DNA of 64,000 bases, from the NCBI GenBank assembly GCA_943354745.1, contig CALRDB010000001.1, forward strand, positions 203 to 64,202, given 5' to 3'. Under the pieces are notes generated by a model that saw nothing but the letters and a program-made list of their open reading frames with translations, did not search any database and was not told where the DNA came from. Below are positions 7,932 through 17,930 of this stretch, piece by piece. Positions within the stretch are counted from its first letter, which is position 1. Every line of letters begins with the position of its first letter. The position numbers and the translations under genes are program-made. The DNA is from Candidatus Nomurabacteria bacterium (lineage in GTDB: Bacteria > Patescibacteriota > Minisyncoccia > Phycocordibacterales > UBA10002).

Positions 7932-8957
7932 ATGAAATTACTTATTGTTACGCAAAAAGTCGACGCAACCGACAGCAACCTCGGGTTCTTTATCCGTTGG
8001 CTTGAAGTATTTTCAAAAAGTGCTGAGATTGTAGTTATTGCAAACGAAGTGGGTTCTCACTCACTTCCATCTTCCGTACGTGTGTACTCGTTAGGAAAAG
8101 AGACAGGGGCGTCGCGCTTCGCAAAACTGATACGGTATCAGCGGCTTCTCCTTAAGATTCTTCCGTCCGTGGACGGTGTCTTTTTTCATATGTGCCCAGA
8201 GTACGCGATTGCGGCTCATGTACTTCCCCGGCTTTTAGGTAAGCGAACCGCGATCTGGTATGTGCATAAGAGTGTTCATCTTCCACTGCGGATTGCAGAG
8301 AAATTAGTCCAGAAAGTATTCACCGCATCGAAGGAAAGCTTTCGACTTCAAAGCTCTAAAGTCGCTATCGTCGGTCACGGGATCGATACTGAGCTTTTTT
8401 CCGGTACACAAGAAAATGGAAATGCTTTACGTCTGTTGTCGGTAAGTCGCATTTCTCCGGTGAAGGATCTCCGCACGTTACTCATTGGATTCTTTAAATT
8501 GCAAAAGAAATTTGTTGACGCTACGTTGTCTCTTGTCGGAGTACCGGTCACCGCACAGGATGCTTCCTATCAAGGAGAACTTGAGCGAGCTATACAGACG
8601 CATGGCCTTGGTACGAAAGCGCACTTCTTAGGGAAAAGACTCTATACCGATCTCCCGTTGCTTTATCATGCACACACGGTATTTGTACATGCGAGTCGGA
8701 CGGGGAGTTTGGACAAAGCCGTGCTTGAGGCACTTGCGGCAGGGCTTATTGTGGTGACCTCAAGTGAGGCTTTTACCGCTGACATTCCTGGGGTAAAGAA
8801 GTTTCGGGAGGGTGACGCCTCGCAGCTTGCTGAGGTGCTCGTCGAAGCCTCTAGTAGCGGGAAAGTCGTATATAATGAAGAGGGAAGAGAGTGGGTAGAA
8901 AAACATCATAGCCTTACGAAACTCGTCAAAAAGATACTCGCATTTTATACAAAATAA
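7932..8957 (+). CDS. Glycosyltransferase, GT4/GT1-like
   Basis: It has a GT-B C-terminal motif (GSLDKAVLEALAAGLIVVTS). Confidence 0.6.
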   Translation: MKLLIVTQKVDATDSNLGFFIRWLEVFSKSAEIVVIANEVGSHSLPSSVRVYSLGKETGASRFAKLIRYQRLLLKILPSVDGVFFHMCPEYAIAAHVLPRLLGKRTAIWYVHKSVHLPLRIAEKLVQKVFTASKESFRLQSSKVAIVGHGIDTELFSGTQENGNALRLLSVSRISPVKDLRTLLIGFFKLQKKFVDATLSLVGVPVTAQDASYQGELERAIQTHGLGTKAHFLGKRLYTDLPLLYHAHTVFVHASRTGSLDKAVLEALAAGLIVVTSSEAFTADIPGVKKFREGDASQLAEVLVEASSSGKVVYNEEGREWVEKHHSLTKLVKKILAFYTK

Positions 8958-8979
8958 TTTTTATGAACTAGTTTTTACT

Positions 8980-9669
8980 ATGTTTGAAATAGTACCGTAC
9001 AAACCGACTCTAAGGGGTGTTCTTGTGGAAGCTTTACACGGAAAAGCTGTCACAAGGACGCTCACCAACATGTTTTGGCGTGGTCGCGTTCGACTTGCCG
9101 GCAATGTCCTTGATATCGGCGGAGGCAGTCAAGGAAGTCATTATCGCTTTTTGGAACGAGACCAAACAACGGTACTCAAGGTCGCGGATATCGTCTCGCG
9201 CAACGGTACCGATTTTGTGCTTGATATCACCAAAGAAAGAGTTCCACTCTCCGACGGTTCGCAAGAGTTTGTACTCATGTTCAATATTCTTGAACATCTT
9301 TTTGAACACGGAACAGTACTCGATGAAGTAAGACGACTTCTCGCTCCGGGAGGGAAGTTTGTTGGTACCATTCCATTCTTGGTAAATGTGCATCCTGATC
9401 CTCATGACTATGTACGCTTTACCAAAGAAGCGCTTGAACGCATTTTTACTGAACATGGTTTTTCGATAACGGTAATTGAGCCGATCGGGAAAGGGCCTTT
9501 TCTTGCAGGATATGAACAGCTGGACATGCTCATACATCCATGGATGCATCTTGTATTTGTTCCGGTCATTTGGTGCCTTGATAGTCTGCTTTCCCTGCTC
9601 AGGCCGAAGAGAAACTTCACTGCTCAATTTCCTCTGGCATACAACTTCATTGTTGAAAAAAGGGTTTAA
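8980..9669 (+). CDS. Class I SAM-dependent methyltransferase
   Basis: It has motif I (VLDIGGGSQ) and a Methyltransf_11-like region (FVLMFNILEHLFEH...LLAPGGKFV). Confidence 0.7.
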   Translation: MFEIVPYKPTLRGVLVEALHGKAVTRTLTNMFWRGRVRLAGNVLDIGGGSQGSHYRFLERDQTTVLKVADIVSRNGTDFVLDITKERVPLSDGSQEFVLMFNILEHLFEHGTVLDEVRRLLAPGGKFVGTIPFLVNVHPDPHDYVRFTKEALERIFTEHGFSITVIEPIGKGPFLAGYEQLDMLIHPWMHLVFVPVIWCLDSLLSLLRPKRNFTAQFPLAYNFIVEKRV

Positions 9670-9675
9670 TATCAT

Positions 9676-11571
9676 ATGTGTTCAATCAACGGTTTTACAT
9701 GGAAAGATACGGAGCTCATTACGAGAATGAACTCGGTTACGGCACACAGGGGTCCTGATGGAACGGGTGTGTTTACTGACCAAGGTGTCTCTTTAGGTCA
9801 CAATCGTCTTGCCATCATCGACCTTACGCCGACTGGAGCACAGCCGATGACTACAAGTGATGGGCGCTATACGGTTGTCTTTAATGGCGAAATCTATAAT
9901 TTTAAGGAGCTCAGAAGTGAACTCGAGCCACACTTTCAATTTCGTTCTACGAGTGATACCGAAGTTATCTTATACGCCTACGCGAAATATGGGGCGGAAT
10001 GTGTGAAAAAGTTCAATGGAATTTTCGCGTTTGCCATTTGGGACGCACAAACGAAAGAATTATGTTTGGCACGCGATCAGAGTGGGGTAAAACCCCTTTA
10101 CTATTTTTGGGACCCTTTGACGGGGTCAGGGCAACCACGACTCATTTTTTCTTCCGAAATAAAGGCCATTCTTGAACATGACATAGTGCGTGGAGTTGAT
10201 AGTGATGCTTTCGCTCTTTATATGCGGATGCTCTATGTTCCGGAACCGTATACGATGTTTCAAAATGTTAAAAAACTTCCCCCCGCACACTATCTACTAT
10301 TTCGCGATGCGAAACTTTCTTTAAGAAAATATTGGGAAGTCTCTGATTTTTCTGATATCTCGTCAAGGGAAGAAGCTCTACAGGGTATTCGTTCACTTTT
10401 TGACGATTCGGTGAAAAGGCAGCTTGTATCCGATCGGCCAGTGGGAGTGTTCCTTAGTGGGGGATTCGATTCGAGTGCCATACTAGGTGCCGTAACAAAA
10501 CACACTTCGAGCAAAGTCAAAACCTACTCCGTTGGCTTCGATGTCGATGTGCAGCGAGAGAAATTCAACGCGGATTTTGCGCTTGCAGAAAAAACTGCGA
10601 ATCATTATCACACAGACCACCGTACGCTTATGATTTCAGGGAAAGATATCGTAAATGAGCTTCCCAAAATCGCGTGGCATCTCGATGAGCCTAATGCTAA
10701 TCCGACCGCGGGCGCCATCTATTTTCTTTCGCGCTTAGCTAAGAAAGATGTCGCTGTCGTGTTGGGAGGTGACGGTGCGGATGAACTCTTTGGGGGATAT
10801 CGGCGCTACGCACTTTCTCGTGTCATTCGGCGTTTCGGAAAACTCCCGAGTACGATACGTCACTCCATTATGTATCTTCTCCGGCAAGGGAAACGAGCGG
10901 AGATAATCGAGAAGTTCTCTTTGAATAATCCTACCGATCTCTTTCTTTCATTTCTTTCTCAAAAAGAGACCGAAGTCTCTGCTGTGATCCGAAAGGATAT
11001 GCAAACAAATCTCTTGCCGAAAAAACATTTTTCACGTTATTTTACTTCTGCAGATTTCTTAGACGATTTTGAAAAGAAATTTATGAATGTGGATCGTCAG
11101 AGTTGGCTTACCGACGAGTCACTTCTCCGGAGCGATAAAATGACCATGGCTTTTGGGCTTGAAGAGCGAGTTCCAATTCTCGATTACCGATTGGTCGAAC
11201 TTTCGGCGCGTATCCCAACAAAGTGGAAGATGACGCACTCCGGTTTACGTTCCGATTCGTTTAAAGGGAAAGATATTTGGCGCGAAGCGATATCGGAGTA
11301 TCTTCCGCGGCATGTTCTACGCGAACCTAAGCGAGGATGGTTCACGCCGATGGCAAAATGGCTTCGCACAGACCTTAGGAGTCATGTCTCTGAGATTCTT
11401 TCTTCCGCCCATCTTAACCCTGATTTCTTTAACGCAAAGGAAGTTCAAAGAATGTGGCAAGACCATCTAGAGGGTAAGAGGTATAACCTGAATCTCATTT
11501 GGGCTATCGTCATGTGGCAGTTGTGGTACGATACCTTTATAAAAAATAATGATACAGGGAAAAAACTATGA
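9676..11571 (+). CDS. asnB: Asparagine synthase (glutamine-hydrolysing)-like amidotransferase
   Basis: It begins MC(S)ING with the Cys2 nucleophile and has a PP-loop (SGGFDSSAIL). It is 631 aa and sits inside a glycan cluster. Confidence 0.8.
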   Translation: MCSINGFTWKDTELITRMNSVTAHRGPDGTGVFTDQGVSLGHNRLAIIDLTPTGAQPMTTSDGRYTVVFNGEIYNFKELRSELEPHFQFRSTSDTEVILYAYAKYGAECVKKFNGIFAFAIWDAQTKELCLARDQSGVKPLYYFWDPLTGSGQPRLIFSSEIKAILEHDIVRGVDSDAFALYMRMLYVPEPYTMFQNVKKLPPAHYLLFRDAKLSLRKYWEVSDFSDISSREEALQGIRSLFDDSVKRQLVSDRPVGVFLSGGFDSSAILGAVTKHTSSKVKTYSVGFDVDVQREKFNADFALAEKTANHYHTDHRTLMISGKDIVNELPKIAWHLDEPNANPTAGAIYFLSRLAKKDVAVVLGGDGADELFGGYRRYALSRVIRRFGKLPSTIRHSIMYLLRQGKRAEIIEKFSLNNPTDLFLSFLSQKETEVSAVIRKDMQTNLLPKKHFSRYFTSADFLDDFEKKFMNVDRQSWLTDESLLRSDKMTMAFGLEERVPILDYRLVELSARIPTKWKMTHSGLRSDSFKGKDIWREAISEYLPRHVLREPKRGWFTPMAKWLRTDLRSHVSEILSSAHLNPDFFNAKEVQRMWQDHLEGKRYNLNLIWAIVMWQLWYDTFIKNNDTGKKL

Positions 11572-12425
11572 AATTTCGAGAAGGTAAGAGTGTCGAACTC
11601 ACAGGAAAAGTGAAGGAGTGGTGGGACAAAAATCCATTTACGTATCTTATGGATAATAAGCAAATCACTCCAGATTGGGCGTTTTTTCGCAATATAGATC
11701 GAAAAATCATCAAATGGATGCCCTGGGCGCAGAAAGGGTATCCGCTTCTTTCGAACGTAATTGACTACGGAGCTCTCAAGGGTAAGAAAGTACTTGATAT
11801 TGCGGTGGGTACCGGATGGAGCACCGAGCAATTTGTCCGTAGTGGTGCCGAGGTAACTGCGGTCGATCTTACTCCAGCGGCCGTGGAACTTACTAAGAAA
11901 CGACTGGCGCTGTACAATCTGTCCGCTACTGTTCAGGTAGCCGATGCGCAGCAGTTGCCGTTTCCCGACAACACCTTCGATTTCGTACTTGCGTTTGGTT
12001 GTCTCATGCATATGCCTGATACGAAGAAGGCAATCGATGAGATTTGGAGAGTGTTGAAGCCGGGAGGACGTGCTTCTGCGATGATGTACTACAAACATTC
12101 ACTCCATTGGTGGTACTACATCTTTTTCGGGAAGGGGATAGTGCGGGGGAAATTGTTTTCAATGAGTGTGCAAGAACTCTCCAATCGCTATACCGACGGC
12201 GCATACGAAGAAGGGAATCAACTCACGAAGTTTTACAGCAAGAAGGAAATTAGAAAGCTGTTTTCTCAATTTCCCACCATATGTATACGAGTGTTTGATG
12301 TGGCAACGCCAATTAATCATCTCCCGCACCGATTCTTTCCATTGGGGATGCTTATTCCGCCTCCAATAAAGAGATGGCTCACCACTAAGGTGGGGCAGAC
12401 ACTTTGGATCGATGTACAAAAATGA
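11568..12425 (+). CDS. Class I SAM-dependent methyltransferase
   Basis: It has VLDIAVGTGWSTE and LKPGGRA motifs and overlaps the previous gene by 4 bp. Confidence 0.7.
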   Translation: MKFREGKSVELTGKVKEWWDKNPFTYLMDNKQITPDWAFFRNIDRKIIKWMPWAQKGYPLLSNVIDYGALKGKKVLDIAVGTGWSTEQFVRSGAEVTAVDLTPAAVELTKKRLALYNLSATVQVADAQQLPFPDNTFDFVLAFGCLMHMPDTKKAIDEIWRVLKPGGRASAMMYYKHSLHWWYYIFFGKGIVRGKLFSMSVQELSNRYTDGAYEEGNQLTKFYSKKEIRKLFSQFPTICIRVFDVATPINHLPHRFFPLGMLIPPPIKRWLTTKVGQTLWIDVQK

Positions 12426-13510
12426 GCACGACCAAAGTCTATATCATCGATACAAAAGACGTTCCGGAGTGGCTCCCTCTTTCGCTTGTCTTTTGGCCGA
12501 ATTACCGTTTTGAGATTCCGGAAAAACGTCTCTTTCTTAAGGAGATTATGGCTCCGTATACGAAGCCTTTTCTCGATATCGTTTCAGATATCGAGGAAGC
12601 TGATTTTATCGCCGTGCCGGTCGATTATTTTTTCGTCTTGGAGCACGCACCGGAATATCTCGCACGAGTGTATACTTTCGCGAAGGAATTAGGGAAGAAA
12701 GTACTTCTTTTTGATTATACTGACTATGTTGACCGCGTACCAAAACTCCCTGCCCACGCGGTACTTTTTCGAGTGTCGGTGTATCGACACCATAAACAAC
12801 CGAGTGAAATTGTAATGCCGTATTTTGTTGAAGATTTGGGTACGAACTATGCTATAACACCGAAAGAGCGAGGGTCCTCTCTTATTGTGGGATACTGCGG
12901 ACAAGCGCGGTTTGGAAGTATCGCAAAGAAATGGAAGGCCGTCGCAAAACGGATAGCTCAATCAATTCTTTTACGCCTCCGGCGTGATGTAAGACCGGCC
13001 GTGCATATCCGAGGTATCTTCTGGAGAAATCAAGTCATACGCGCTCTACGGAAAGGCGGAACCGAATGCCGAATCATTGAGCGCGCATTCTATTCTCTGC
13101 ACCAATCTGGGGTAGTGGCTGATCCGAAAGATATTCGGCGAGACTACGTGGAGAATTTAAAAGAATGTGATCTTGCTCTTTGCGTGCGTGGTGATGCAAA
13201 TGCATCGCAACGCTTTTTTGAGGCACTTTCAGCTTCTCGTATTCCACTCCTTCTTGATACTGACGTTGTACTCCCTCTCGAGGGTGTCGTCAGTTATACT
13301 GACTGTGTCGTTCGGATTCCTTTCGATGACATAAAGTGCATCTCACGACACGTTGATGTGTGGAGCAGTACACATGAATCTTCTGTGTTTGTGGAAATGG
13401 AACAAAAAGCTCGCAAGACATACGAGAGTTTCCTCCGTCTGGACCAATATTTCGATCTTGTCTTTGATCGAGAACGAAGTCCTTATAAAACTATTCTTTA
13501 TGACGCATAA
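12422..13510 (+). CDS. Exostosin (GT47)-like glycosyltransferase
   Basis: Its C-terminal region (LALCVRGDANASQRFFEALSASRIPLLLDTDVVLPLEGVVSYTDCVVRIPFDD) matches the GT47/exostosin core pattern. ATGA start/stop overlap at 12422. Confidence 0.5.
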   Translation: MSTTKVYIIDTKDVPEWLPLSLVFWPNYRFEIPEKRLFLKEIMAPYTKPFLDIVSDIEEADFIAVPVDYFFVLEHAPEYLARVYTFAKELGKKVLLFDYTDYVDRVPKLPAHAVLFRVSVYRHHKQPSEIVMPYFVEDLGTNYAITPKERGSSLIVGYCGQARFGSIAKKWKAVAKRIAQSILLRLRRDVRPAVHIRGIFWRNQVIRALRKGGTECRIIERAFYSLHQSGVVADPKDIRRDYVENLKECDLALCVRGDANASQRFFEALSASRIPLLLDTDVVLPLEGVVSYTDCVVRIPFDDIKCISRHVDVWSSTHESSVFVEMEQKARKTYESFLRLDQYFDLVFDRERSPYKTILYDA

Positions 13511-14621
13511 CAAAATCTTCTACATCGCAAATGTCCGCCTTCCAACGGAGAAAGCCCATGGTATGCAGATCATGAAGTCTTGTGAAGCTTTTGCTCGTGC
13601 GGGTATGGACGTTGAGCTCGTTGTTCCTCGTAGAAGAAATCTCTTTGCCGATGATCCCTTTGAGTATTACACGGTAGAGAGAAATTTTACAATCACGCCG
13701 ATCTTGGTAATTGATACCGTCCGTTTCGGACGTCTCGGATTTCTCGTTGAACTCTTTAGTTTTCTTATTGTAGCTCGGCTGTACCTGCGAGCTAAAGACG
13801 CTATTGTGTACACAAGAGAGGAGGCAGTGGGTTTTTTCTTCAAGGATTTTGTTCTAGAGATGCATGCTATTCCTGAACACGTAGGCAACCTGCGTTTATA
13901 TCTTTGGAAGAAGGCAAAGGGACTTACGGTTCTTACGCGTTTCATAAAGGATAGGCTGGTACAAAGTGGTGTTTCTGAGCAACGAATCTTCATTTCTCCC
14001 GACGCGGTGGATTTACGTTTGTTTGATCTCCCACTTTCTAAAGAAGCAGCTCGGGAGAAATTGAGTCTTCCTTTAAATCGGAAGATTGTACTGTATGCCG
14101 GCAGTTTCTTTTTATACGACTGGAAAGGCGTGGACATACTCCTTGAGTCAGCAAAGCAGTTCGAAGAGCCTCACCTTTTTGTTTTAGTTGGGGGAAGTAA
14201 AGAGGAAGTGAATAAGGCAAGGGCAAGCTGGGGTAGAGACAATATTCTTTTTCTGGGTCACCAGCCACCTCGAACTATTCCTACGTATCTTAAGGCGGCA
14301 GACGTGCTTGTGATTCCTAATAAAAAGGGGTCAACTACTTCAGAGTACTATACCTCTCCTCTGAAACTCTTTGAGTATATGGCTTCAGGGAGACCTATTA
14401 TTGCTTCGAGGATCCCATCCTTAGAAGAGGTTGTTAGCGCTAAGGAGGTGTTGTTCTTTGAGCCAAATAATGTAGAGGACCTTGTGCTTGGTATTCGTCA
14501 GATTTTTCAAGATGAATCATTTGCTCAATCGCTCGCGTGTAGTGCTCGAAAACAGGTTGAGGGGTTTACTTGGGACATGCGTATGAAAAAAGTACTCGAG
14601 AAGATAATGCTGTTATGTTGA
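13500..14621 (+). CDS. Glycosyltransferase, GT4 family
   Basis: I place the start at MTHNKIFYIANVRLPTEKAHGMQ, a typical GT4 N-terminus; the ORF listed from 13353 is an upstream extension. Confidence 0.7.
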   Translation: MTHNKIFYIANVRLPTEKAHGMQIMKSCEAFARAGMDVELVVPRRRNLFADDPFEYYTVERNFTITPILVIDTVRFGRLGFLVELFSFLIVARLYLRAKDAIVYTREEAVGFFFKDFVLEMHAIPEHVGNLRLYLWKKAKGLTVLTRFIKDRLVQSGVSEQRIFISPDAVDLRLFDLPLSKEAAREKLSLPLNRKIVLYAGSFFLYDWKGVDILLESAKQFEEPHLFVLVGGSKEEVNKARASWGRDNILFLGHQPPRTIPTYLKAADVLVIPNKKGSTTSEYYTSPLKLFEYMASGRPIIASRIPSLEEVVSAKEVLFFEPNNVEDLVLGIRQIFQDESFAQSLACSARKQVEGFTWDMRMKKVLEKIMLLC

Positions 14622-14667
14622 ACCTCTTGGCTAAACAGTTTATAGTAGGATGACGTAGTATATCTAT

Positions 14668-15288
14668 ATGAAACCTTGGGATACATTTTTTAAAGAGCGG
14701 ATGATGAGGATATTGAAAGAGAAGAAATCACTTATTGATATTGGTGGTGGTTTACGCATTTCGAGGGAAAAGGGAAATCGTTTTGAACCTAGAAATGCGT
14801 GGATTATCGAAACGATTCAAGCTAATAAAATCGAGTACAAAATTCTTGATCCGGTACCGGATTATGCTCCTGATATCGTGGGTGATATTCATAATCTGCC
14901 TTTTTTAGATGCGTCGCAGGAAGCAATTGCCTGTATTGCTGTACTCGAGCATGTCACCGACCCATTTAAGGCACGAGACGAAATGTTTCGTGTTCTCCAG
15001 TCTGGCGGAATGTGTATTATCTATGTCCCGTTCCTCTACTATTTTCATGCCGAGAAAGGATATTACGGTGATTATTGGCGGTTCACCAAAGAAGGATTAG
15101 CTCTCATGTTTAAGAATTTTTCCTCGGTTGAAATACAAGCCGTTCGTGGGGCCATCGGTACACTCATACGACTTACACCACTCGGGCGGTATCGATGGGT
15201 GGAACAGTTTGCCTACTATCTTGACCTTCTTTTTCATAAGATTTCAAGTAATCAGGTGAGTGGCTACTCTGTTTTCTTGATCAAATAA
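14668..15288 (+). CDS. Class I SAM-dependent methyltransferase
   Basis: It has LIDIGGG, VLEHVTDP and LQSGGMCIIYVP motifs. Confidence 0.65.
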   Translation: MKPWDTFFKERMMRILKEKKSLIDIGGGLRISREKGNRFEPRNAWIIETIQANKIEYKILDPVPDYAPDIVGDIHNLPFLDASQEAIACIAVLEHVTDPFKARDEMFRVLQSGGMCIIYVPFLYYFHAEKGYYGDYWRFTKEGLALMFKNFSSVEIQAVRGAIGTLIRLTPLGRYRWVEQFAYYLDLLFHKISSNQVSGYSVFLIK

Positions 15289-15289
15289 G

Positions 15290-16156
15290 ATGTCTTCACT
15301 TAAAAAAGTTCTCATAACTGGTGCAAATGGCTTTACGGGGAGAGAGATGGTGCGGGTACTTTTAGCTGACTCTTCAAAAGAGATTTATCTAACTGATCGA
15401 ACAGAGACTGAAGTGTCTTCACTTCGAGTCAAAAAGTGTGATCTATCAGACCTTCCTTCTGTTGAGGCTTGTATTGAAAAAATCCAACCGAATGAGATTT
15501 ATCATTTAGTGGGTAGCTACACCAACGTCTACGATGTGGATTATATATCTAATGTTACCACCACAAAAAACATTTTGGATGCGCTTCGCAGTTTGGGTCT
15601 GAAGACTCGCGTCCTTTTGGTAGGAAGTTCGGCGGAATATGGATTTCCTCTAAATCCTTCTAAGGGAGTTGGTGAAGATCACCCTCTTTTGCCGGTATCG
15701 GTGTACGGGCTCGTCAAAACATATCAGCACATGCTTATGGGGACGTATGTTCGTTTATACGGTCTAGATCTTGTAGCGGTTCGGCCGTTCAATCTCCTTG
15801 GGAACGGTGTTTCTCCGGTACTGTTTGCCGGAAAAATGAGGCAAGAAATACAACGGTACAAAAAAGGCGAAATCAAGAGTATTGTTACTGGGGATCTTTC
15901 GGTCGAGCGGGATTATATTGATATTAGGGAAGCGATAACGTACTATCGATTGGTCATGGAGCAAGGGGCTACGGGAGAAGTGTATAACGTAGGGAGTGGT
16001 AAAAGTATACCTCTTCGGACACTCATGCAGAACATGCTTGTATCGGAAGGATTGTCATTCAATAGTGTGGAAGAAGGAGTACATCACATACCAGGGAAGA
16101 TCGTAGTTCCTAAGATATGTGCCGACATAACAAAGATAAAGAGACTTAACGTATGA
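15290..16156 (+). CDS. NAD-dependent epimerase/dehydratase (extended SDR, nucleotide-sugar reductase-like)
   Basis: It has ITGANGFTG Rossmann and YGLVK catalytic motifs. Confidence 0.7.
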   Translation: MSSLKKVLITGANGFTGREMVRVLLADSSKEIYLTDRTETEVSSLRVKKCDLSDLPSVEACIEKIQPNEIYHLVGSYTNVYDVDYISNVTTTKNILDALRSLGLKTRVLLVGSSAEYGFPLNPSKGVGEDHPLLPVSVYGLVKTYQHMLMGTYVRLYGLDLVAVRPFNLLGNGVSPVLFAGKMRQEIQRYKKGEIKSIVTGDLSVERDYIDIREAITYYRLVMEQGATGEVYNVGSGKSIPLRTLMQNMLVSEGLSFNSVEEGVHHIPGKIVVPKICADITKIKRLNV

Positions 16157-17103
16157 CAACAAGCAAACACAAGAAAACACTCACGGTTGTTGCGCCGGTA
16201 TACAACGAGGAAGAAGTGATACGAGATTTTTATCAAGAGCTGAAAAACACGCTTCTCACTCTGTCTGAGTACCGCTCGACAATGCTCTTTGTGGTTGGAC
16301 GGGGAACCGATCGTACCTTTCCAATCCTGAAAGAAATCGCCACGGCGGACTCTTCGCTTCGCGTTCTGTACCTCTCTTCTCGTTTTGGACATCAAATGCA
16401 ATTACTCGCCGGTATCGACCATGCAGATTCCGATATCGTCATTATGATGGATTCGGATTTGCAACACCCTCCGGAAATTATTCCAACACTCCTTGCGGAA
16501 TATGAAAAAGGGAATGACGTAGTCTATACCGTTCGCGAGAAGACCTCCGATCAGGGTGTACTCCGGAAATGGTGTTCCGATATGTTCTATTGGTTTCTCA
16601 ACAAAATCTCCGATGTCCGCATAAGCGGTAATGCCGCCGATTTCAGGCTTATTTCACGAAAGGTGGCAGAGGTATTGAGACGTGAAATCCGGGAACGTAA
16701 TTTATTCCTGAGAGGGATCATACCGTGGCTCGGGTTTAATCAAATAGGAGTTTCTTTCGTCGCGAACCCTCGGCGGGCAGGGAAGAGTAAGTATTCATTT
16801 TCTCGCCTGATTACCTTTGGTCTCTCTGGGGTTGTTTCGTTCAGTAGAAAACCACTTCGCGTAGCTATCGTTGTTGGTCTCTTCGTTGCAAGTCTCGGTT
16901 TTCTGTATGCACTAACGGTTATTGCACAATCCTTTTACAATAGATCTTTACCCGCAGGCTGGGCGACCGTTATTGTGCTTTTGTCTATATTTGGCGGATT
17001 GCAACTCATTTTCTTGGGGATTCTTGGTGAATATATTGGCGCGATATTTGACGAAGTAAAGAAGCGTCCACATTATATTGTCGATCAGAAAATTAATTTT
17101 TAA
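16153..17103 (+). CDS. GT2 polyprenol-phosphate glycosyltransferase (GtrB/DPM1/ArnC-like)
   Basis: It has a GT2 N-terminal domain (VVAPVYNEEEVI, MDSDLQHPP) plus two C-terminal transmembrane helices. Confidence 0.75.
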   Translation: MTTSKHKKTLTVVAPVYNEEEVIRDFYQELKNTLLTLSEYRSTMLFVVGRGTDRTFPILKEIATADSSLRVLYLSSRFGHQMQLLAGIDHADSDIVIMMDSDLQHPPEIIPTLLAEYEKGNDVVYTVREKTSDQGVLRKWCSDMFYWFLNKISDVRISGNAADFRLISRKVAEVLRREIRERNLFLRGIIPWLGFNQIGVSFVANPRRAGKSKYSFSRLITFGLSGVVSFSRKPLRVAIVVGLFVASLGFLYALTVIAQSFYNRSLPAGWATVIVLLSIFGGLQLIFLGILGEYIGAIFDEVKKRPHYIVDQKINF

Positions 17104-17105
17104 CT

Positions 17106-17930
17106 ATGAACTGTCATATTTGTAACAGCTCCAACACTCGGGTCCTCGATTCCCGATACGAAGTGTATTTCTGTAGAACCTGCGGTCATGAATTCAGTGC
17201 CTTGCCTCCCGAACGACAGGAAACCTACAGCCCGGAATATTTTCGTGAAGCGCACAAGAAATGGTTTGAAAATCCAAACGCCGTTTTGTTTCAGTGGATA
17301 CACACCATAGTGGAGGCGACAACACGCGGAAATCCGAGTGCCGCCTCGTTTCTTGACGTTGGGTGTGGCCAAGGAGATCTCCTTCGCTACCTGCGGGATG
17401 CGGGGAGTACCGTCAAGCTTTTCGGTGTTGATCTTGTACAGAATGCCGACGAGAGAATCACCTACTATCGGGGGGATTTCGTTTCCTTCCCGTTTGCAGA
17501 ACGGTTCGATGTGATTTCCGGGCTTATGGTCATCGAACACGTCGGTGGCCCGCACCAGTTTGTGCGCAAAATCAGTTCGATACTTAAGCCCGGAGGCATC
17601 GTCATTATGAATACCGTGAACGCGGGCGGATTTTTGTACACGCTGGCACGGGTGCTCCGCAGGGCGGGTCTTCGTGGCCCGTTCGAACGGCTGTACGACA
17701 AACATCATCTTGAGCACTACCGCGTCGCCTCACTTCGTAAACTGTTCGAGCTTGAAGGGTATCGCGTCATACGCATCCGCACGCATAATTTCCCGCTACG
17801 GGCTCTTGACGTGCCGGAAGGAAACGCACTTCTTGCGCGTATCTACCGAATCGGTATCGCCTGCGTGTTTTTTCTGACATCGCACTGGGGTGGGGTACAC
17901 GAAACCATTATCGTTCAAAAAGACACATGA
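17106..17930 (+). CDS. SAM-dependent methyltransferase with N-terminal zinc ribbon
   Basis: It has CHICNS...CRTCGH followed by LDVGCGQGDL and LKPGGIVIM. Confidence 0.65.
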   Translation: MNCHICNSSNTRVLDSRYEVYFCRTCGHEFSALPPERQETYSPEYFREAHKKWFENPNAVLFQWIHTIVEATTRGNPSAASFLDVGCGQGDLLRYLRDAGSTVKLFGVDLVQNADERITYYRGDFVSFPFAERFDVISGLMVIEHVGGPHQFVRKISSILKPGGIVIMNTVNAGGFLYTLARVLRRAGLRGPFERLYDKHHLEHYRVASLRKLFELEGYRVIRIRTHNFPLRALDVPEGNALLARIYRIGIACVFFLTSHWGGVHETIIVQKDT

